From contig NW_002060943.1 of assembly GCF_000150275.1 (NCBI RefSeq), positions 7,258,026 through 7,322,025 on the forward strand: a stretch of 64,000 nucleotides of DNA. Reading direction: 5' to 3'. This document shows positions 57,457-64,000 of the stretch, in pieces. Both the position numbers and the translations under genes were made by a program. Numbering within the stretch: position 1 is the first letter of the stretch; each line of letters opens with the position of its first letter. This stretch comes from Trichoplax adhaerens. Its lineage: Eukaryota > Animalia > Placozoa. Under the pieces are notes generated by a model. The model did not search any database and had not been told where the DNA came from. It worked only from the letters and a program-made list of their open reading frames with translations.

Positions 57457-60400
57457 GTAACACGTAGATATATTTACTGTGTACGTGTTCCACCCACTGC
57501 ATTTATACATAACTTTAAGTGCTCTATCGGTGCTGAATTACATGATTCACTTAACATGATGTGGCATATCATTTTCTACTTCAATACGTTCGGTAGTGTT
57601 ATAGATTTTTTACATAGAATTCAATATTATTTTTTTATTAAGATTTAAAGCAACAATTTGCATCGTCTACTTCTCTGTTTAGCGTCTAATGTTGTTCGTC
57701 TAATTTTATTACTTGCTTGCAAATGATGAAAGCATTTTAATGGTAACCATAATTTGCAATTCACTCTGCCATCTTTCTTTGTGAATTTTACTCCTATTAG
57801 AATTACTCGGCATAACGATTACGACTTCGCACAGAATTATCACTATTATTAAGCTAATGCTTTATATCGGTAATTTTTATGCAATAACAGGAGAACGTTT
57901 ATTTAGTAGTTTACTTACCAAGTGTATTTCTTTAAAAAATTTTAGATTGAATACATCCTATTTGTATTAGATTATTACATCTTGAGAGTACTATTTTAAT
58001 ATGCTAATGAAACAAAAATTGATTAAAACGATTTACCTATGAAGTAAATTAATTGGTGTTAGTATTTGACGTTGCGTTTATATTTTTATTGTGAAATGGA
58101 TACGCTTTAAATAATTTTATATGGCTTACAACTGGTAAAATAGAGTAAGAGAGCTTGTTTCCTTAATTGTGCGGCGTTGAATTTTCAATGAATGGCTTTA
58201 TTCTATTGCTACTATTATAGACGTAAGGCTAAGAGCGAATATCAGGTTCGCATTTTTAGTGTTTAAGATCGTATCCGCATACTTAATTACTTAAAATTTT
58301 TTGCATTCTGCCCATCTTAAGCTAAGGTGATATCATGTTAAAGGATATGATTAATATTCAAGATTTTGCGATAACACGTAGTTCCATGACGTCAATTTAC
58401 TCCCTAGTGATATATAGCAATACCATTTTAATAAGTTTCATTGAAACAGAAGAATTATAGTAGAGTGTTCATTTTTAAACTAGAATTTAAGAGCGTCATT
58501 ATCAACAAGATGATTTTCTAAATAAAGTCTAAGATTCAACCTTACAACAGTTTTATGATTCTAATATGTGATAAAGAGGCAGAGAATAATGGGACAGAAA
58601 GTTTCGTTTCTTGTTCATATCACTTTATTAATCAGTCCTTCTAGGTCCATAGCTTGCTGCCGAAACTTACTGTCATTGCGTTATTAACTCTTGCAAAGTA
58701 CCGATAGAAAACAGTGAAGCAGTGCCATGGCATTGACGAGGCCTTTGATTACTATACTAATTGGCTGTATGAATTGGTAGCCGATCGAGAGAATGAGAAT
58801 TGAACTGTTTCTATCACAATTCAAGAGTAATAGCAAACTAATGAGTTAAAAAGTATTCTACAAGAGGAGAATAGAACATTTTGTAGCCTTTTACAGTTTA
58901 GTAAGAGAGACACGATCATTTTATTTATTTTATGTTGCTCATTCATGATAGACGATTACATGCATGCAACCAGATAATGAAAATCCAATCCCAAGGTTTG
59001 CTGTTGTACTGTATGAGGTTGTAATTGCTAAAGTAACAGTAATAAAAAGTGTTTATTGACGAAATATTGAACTTATGCACCATTGCCAATTGTACTATGA
59101 GTGGAAGCAAAGCTCGGAAAGAACAATTCGTGGGTGATGCTATTTACATCGACTACATCGACAACATTGAAGATGGCGATCAATACGATTGCAGTTTTAT
59201 AACTAGAAGCCGTTATATTGACCTCAACGAAGTTGAGTTAATGGTTGTGAACATCATTATCTGCCAATGAATGATTTTACTATACCTGTGATATATCGAA
59301 AAAGTTATCATGACGGTTAATCACTTACAGTATATCAGTTACTCTTTTTTGACGTTTACAACGCTCTTTTTTTATGAATCGTTTCTGCTTTGACAGTTAA
59401 CTAAATGAGGGCAAATAGCGGGCATAACTTGGCTGATCGCAGCACAGCTTTGCGAGGACAGTCTATTAATATATTGTAGTTCATGATTTTACCCTAAAAA
59501 ATAAATGGTTACTGAATGATATACGCGTATGCAAAATGCAAAAATGTTACCGTGATACACTATTCCTTTTACCCTTCAAGCATTAAGAAAATAAGATTGA
59601 TCAGTACACCGCACACTTTTCAATGCACTAATCTGTGTCTAATGCGAAGCGAATACAGTAATCTGTTCAGTACCCAATGAATTTACCATGGTGTAAACAA
59701 TATGTGAAATAAATCTGTTTTATCCTACAGCTTTAAGGAAGATTGATCTGTGTATAGGACAACATGAGCGGAATACTAATGTCAAATCGATTTATGATGA
59801 TGCAAATGGATGACGGAAAGTAGATCAATTGTATCCTACAGGTGGCGTACAACATTAAAATTAGTTAATACTCAATGTCTAGAAGGAAACATGAGATACA
59901 TTAGGTATAAACTGGATTGGTGATACTACAAACACGTCTTTCTTGAGTACGGTAATTTGTACGCTGCAGGATTCCATATAATAACTAAAAGTCTTAATGA
60001 ATTTTCAGGATACGATTGAAGCCGAAACCTTGTGCTGTACGGCCACATAATGCGTAGCCAAAATTAACAATATTGATTTGAATTTTACTGTCGGTATGTA
60101 GCGGACTTTGCATCCTAGTGAGATCACTAGGAATGGCGAGAAAGCATTTTAAGTGGTTGAGAGTTTTTATAGAGATTAATGCTAACGTCATGAAAATAAA
60201 AGGAACAGAATTAATATAGAATAGAAACAATTTTAACGTGTCCCATGATATTTTTAGTAATTATAACTGTGAACTAGGTATGGAATAGACTGAAACTTTA
60301 ATAATTAATGTGCAAAATTAGACTACACTCTTAACGATAGAGTTTTAATCTACAATGATGAAAGACTATCTTTTATTTATTACTAGTAGATGAAAATTTA

Positions 60401-61655
60401 AACTATAATAACAAACGACTTGCTTTCACAAGCTAACATAGAAAAGTTTCGCACTACATTTAATCAACACATTCTAGTTAAATATTAGAGGCTACTTGTG
60501 GCAAGAGTAGAAGGCAATTAAACTCTATCCTTTTCATTGTCTTGTTTATTTTTAATTTTAGAATAAAATTGAAATTGAGCTGGATAGCAAATATAGACGT
60601 GTAAAACACCGAATAAGGAGATTTTCTCTTTAGTAATAATTGACTCATTACAATACTATTCTCCTGTTATATCCATTCTACTACCTGCAAGTGAAACGAA
60701 AATACTTGTTTAAAACGAAGACAGAGTAATTAGACGGCAGTGATGCAAGATGGAGTTTACCTAAATAGACTTCCGCTTTTAACTGTAATTTTAATAGGTT
60801 CGGCACATAACTTGAGCGCTAAAAGTATTGGGAAAAATTACTTACAATAATTAAAGTACATTCCATTTTGGTCAAAATTTGATTATTATGATTAAAGGTT
60901 TTGATAGATTTAGTAGAAAAGCGAGATGATGATAATAACATTACCATTTTAACATGAAGAAATTACAATTTCATTCAAAAAGACAATAATATGTGGTGAG
61001 AAAGGTCAAGGATACAAGATGGGCCATAGATTATAACGGTAAGATTTGTTCTAGATTTATTTATCTGGATAAAAACAATTACAAGAAAACTTTGTGAAGA
61101 TTACAGTCTTAATTAGATGGTGTTTGGGTAATACTAATGCACTTGGTTACAATTTTATTTACAAATACTAGGTTACTGAAAGGACACAAGTAGCTTTTAT
61201 GATTTGACAATCGTGGACTTGATCATTTGCAATCTCTGTTCGTAGGATGACATTCTTAAGTCGTTATGAGTGAAACGAAGTGGCATGTTCTAATGTTAAA
61301 TGTCGTTACTTTGATGCTGTAAATCTTTCATACTGTTAGGCAAGAAGGGAACAGAAATTAAATATTTAAGATACAATGCTTTGACAGGATTGTAGTAATA
61401 TAGCTAGGCTATTCATTAGGAAAGCATGCCATTTCTACTTACCTATATCATTGTAATGTAGCTTAGTATTAAGATTGTAGACTGTTAGCCATGTTTAGTA
61501 TAATGTAAGGTAGCGTAACTTCTATATTTATCCTAAGAGATATTTGGTAGCCATAACTATAGGCTGTAGTGGTATGGACTCTACAGTATGCTAGAGTACA
61601 GACGACAACTAAATCTCAGGTGTGTTATTTTCATGTCATCTATCAAGTATACTAA

Positions 61656-62997
61656 TCCCACCGACCCTCCCTTGAAATGAGCAGCGCGGGGGTATTTATA
61701 CTACTGTTAAATGACTCTGATTATGGGTTCATTTCAATAGGTCAGTATAAGATTCTTACAGTACTTTTAACCTAAAGATTTCTTCATGTAAAACGAATAG
61801 CTCTAAGGTAGTCATTTCTGCAGAGTACTCATTATTAAAATAGTATTCGTTATATCGCTAAGGGTGGCCACTGGGCCTTTAAATTTTGATTTCATGTAAT
61901 ATTCTGATGAAAATTGAATAAACATAGAATCTTTATAGAGTTTTCTATACAGCCATTTTGATTGTTACATTTTCTTATAACGGTTGTTATCGACAGAGCA
62001 AGCTTTGCTTGCATACGACAGCGATCCTTAGACACATTATAATGATTGGTATAGAATTGACCACAGTACGAAGGACATTCTACCGCACTGTAGATATCTT
62101 ACAGTACCTGCTAATCTTAACTTGGTATGTCCATCACCGTACATTAGTTATCATAATGTGCTCTGGACCATTAACTAATCTTAATATAGCATAGTATATT
62201 ACTGTTACTAGGATATATATAATATCGAATGATAATACTATCTGTTATATATTTGACAGTTTCGCTCACCAACCTTAACATAGCATTAATACCGTATATA
62301 GTAACCATTCTTATTCAGTAAACATACTAATACGAAAGTTACTTAACGAAATTTGAATTGGTATAGAAATGAATGATCTGTAGGGTTTATGTAAATATTA
62401 TTGAGAAGGTAGAAGTGATTGATACACATCAGTAGGTACTATTAGTTCTATTGCTCTCTTACAATTCGTAGTGTTATCCTACTGTAGTTCCCCTGTCCCG
62501 ATTACTAATATGAAAGTTACTTAACGAAATTTGAATTGGTATAGAAATGAATGATCTCTAGGATTTATGTAAATATTATTGAGAAGGTAGAAGTGATTGA
62601 TACACATCAGTAGGTACTATTAGTTCTATTGCTCTCTTGCAATTCGTAGTGTTATCCTACTGTAGTTCCCCTGTCCCAATTACTTTTGATTTCTATACTG
62701 TATATAGTAACCATCCTTATTCGGTAAACATACTAATACGAAAGTTACTTAACGAAATTTGAAAAGTGATTGATACACATCAGTAGGTACTCTTAGTTCT
62801 ATTGCTCTCTTGCAATTCGTAGTGTTACCCTATTATAGTTCCCCTGTCCCGGTTATTTTTGATTGCTATATATCATATTACAAAAAGTATTTCTAAGAGG
62901 ATAATGTTCGTTAGTCAGCGATCTGATAGTTACTGAACCTCTGTTAAATGAGCACATTATCGTAAACCGTCAGTAAAGCGACGGGAGTTTGCACTAG
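61656..62997 (+). mobile_element. Non-autonomous Helitron family B, plus-strand copy (~1.34 kb) with internal tandem repeats
   Basis: Starts A|TCCCAC, ends hairpin + CTAG|T. 61656-62245 mirrors 52014-52661. 62290-62865 holds three copies of a 180-230 bp unit (AAAGTTACTTAACGAAATTTGAA...AGTTCCCCTGTCCC). Confidence 0.8.
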
Positions 62998-64000
62998 TTT
63001 TATTTTAATTCAAAACGGTAAATTGCATAAATGCAGTACACTAGTGGCGCTATCACAAATTCATATGCTGTATCCAGTATAAAATACATACGATTGAAAT
63101 CAATTAGCCTAACAAAAACTTAGCATGATAACTTAATCGAAGATTGAAGTAAACTATGACAGAGTTTTAACCATTGAGGATTAAGGGTCAGTAGAGCTTC
63201 TCCTGTACAAGTCATCACGTGATGGATCTGGATAAATGAGATCAGTGTTGTATCCTGTCTGTCCTCGTGCGCATATACAGGGTGTATACTAATATTGAGT
63301 GGAAAATAGAGCAGCAGAGTGGATGCTTCTTGTCATCATAGTCAAATTCAAGCAGTCAATATACAGCAGATTTTGTATTGATTTGTGTCTAAAACGAAGC
63401 AAATGATCTGTCTTTTGAGGTATCCAATGAATTTATGAGCGTAAACTAGGTCTGTTTCATCCTACAATTTGAAAAATAAAGATTGTACGAGTAGAGTGCA
63501 AAGAGAAACTAAGTATCTAATGAATTTATGAACGTAAACTAGATCTGTTTAATCCTACAATTGATTAAAAGAAACAGATTGATTTATATGTAGAAAGAAA
63601 CGGGTAAGAACATAAGCATCCAACGAATTGATGATTGTGCAAATACATCACTATCCAACACAATCATATCCATGGTACAATATCAGAAAAGGAATATTGG
63701 TTAATGAAAAAACAAAACATGTGAATTTACAGCATTCCATAGCACAATTTCCATCTTGACTACATCATTACGATCTTGAATAAAATATCATTTTGTACTG
63801 GATATTAATATTGATAAGAATATTGTCGATGGTACAGTATTCAGAGAAGGAACATTGGCTAGTGAGTGGTTCTATTGTAGGAGAAAACGACTCCTCTATT
63901 TTAATTTCTTATCTGCGTACGTTAAACAAATAAATAAAGTAAGACGAGTACGTTAAAATAAAACATGTGAAGTAAGTTTCTGCATTCCATAGCACAATTC
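62998..64000 (+). repeat. Second copy of the ~1 kb duplication (47602-48612); runs off the window
   Basis: Direct sequence match; begins at the T immediately after the Helitron CTAG. Confidence 0.95.

Noticed and set aside
58588-61040. Scattered exon-like segments (58588, 59049-59270, 59731-59841, 60908-61038)
   Set aside because: They contain stops or have no recognisable homology; possibly a decayed gene, but unsupported.
52014-62245. 600 bp inverted repeats as TIRs of a large gene-carrying transposon around ROCO
   Set aside because: No TSD found, and each repeat continues into its own Helitron 3' end, so two independent insertions explain it better.

Overview
AT-rich, intron-dense animal genomic DNA with two assembly gaps (42808-42857, 46177-46660). 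Compact introns at positions resembling vertebrate orthologues, plus a CARD-ROCO gene, suggest an early-branching metazoan, most likely a placozoan (inference). Genes left to right: glutathione reductase (-, cut by the window edge); dyskerin/DKC1 (+); two tandem paralogous five-exon type I receptors (signal peptide, Cys-insert Ig, Ig, TM, TIR/SEFIR-like cytoplasmic domain), the first with an about 20-fold expansion of its terminal helix; HS1BP3 (+) tail-to-tail with a p24-gamma/TMED gene (-); an ornithine decarboxylase homologue lacking the catalytic Cys-Asp pair, with MAM-domain exons where its middle exons should be; and a CARD-Roc-COR-CARD ROCO pseudogene. Repeats include a non-autonomous Helitron family (three 3' ends), a Tourist-like MITE with TTA duplication, a second dispersed element in three copies, a ~1 kb duplication, and degenerate tandem arrays in most long introns. 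The main candidate for an undescribed system is the Ig-TM-TIR-like receptor pair. All gene models were built by eye from GT-AG sites and hand translation; no searches were run.
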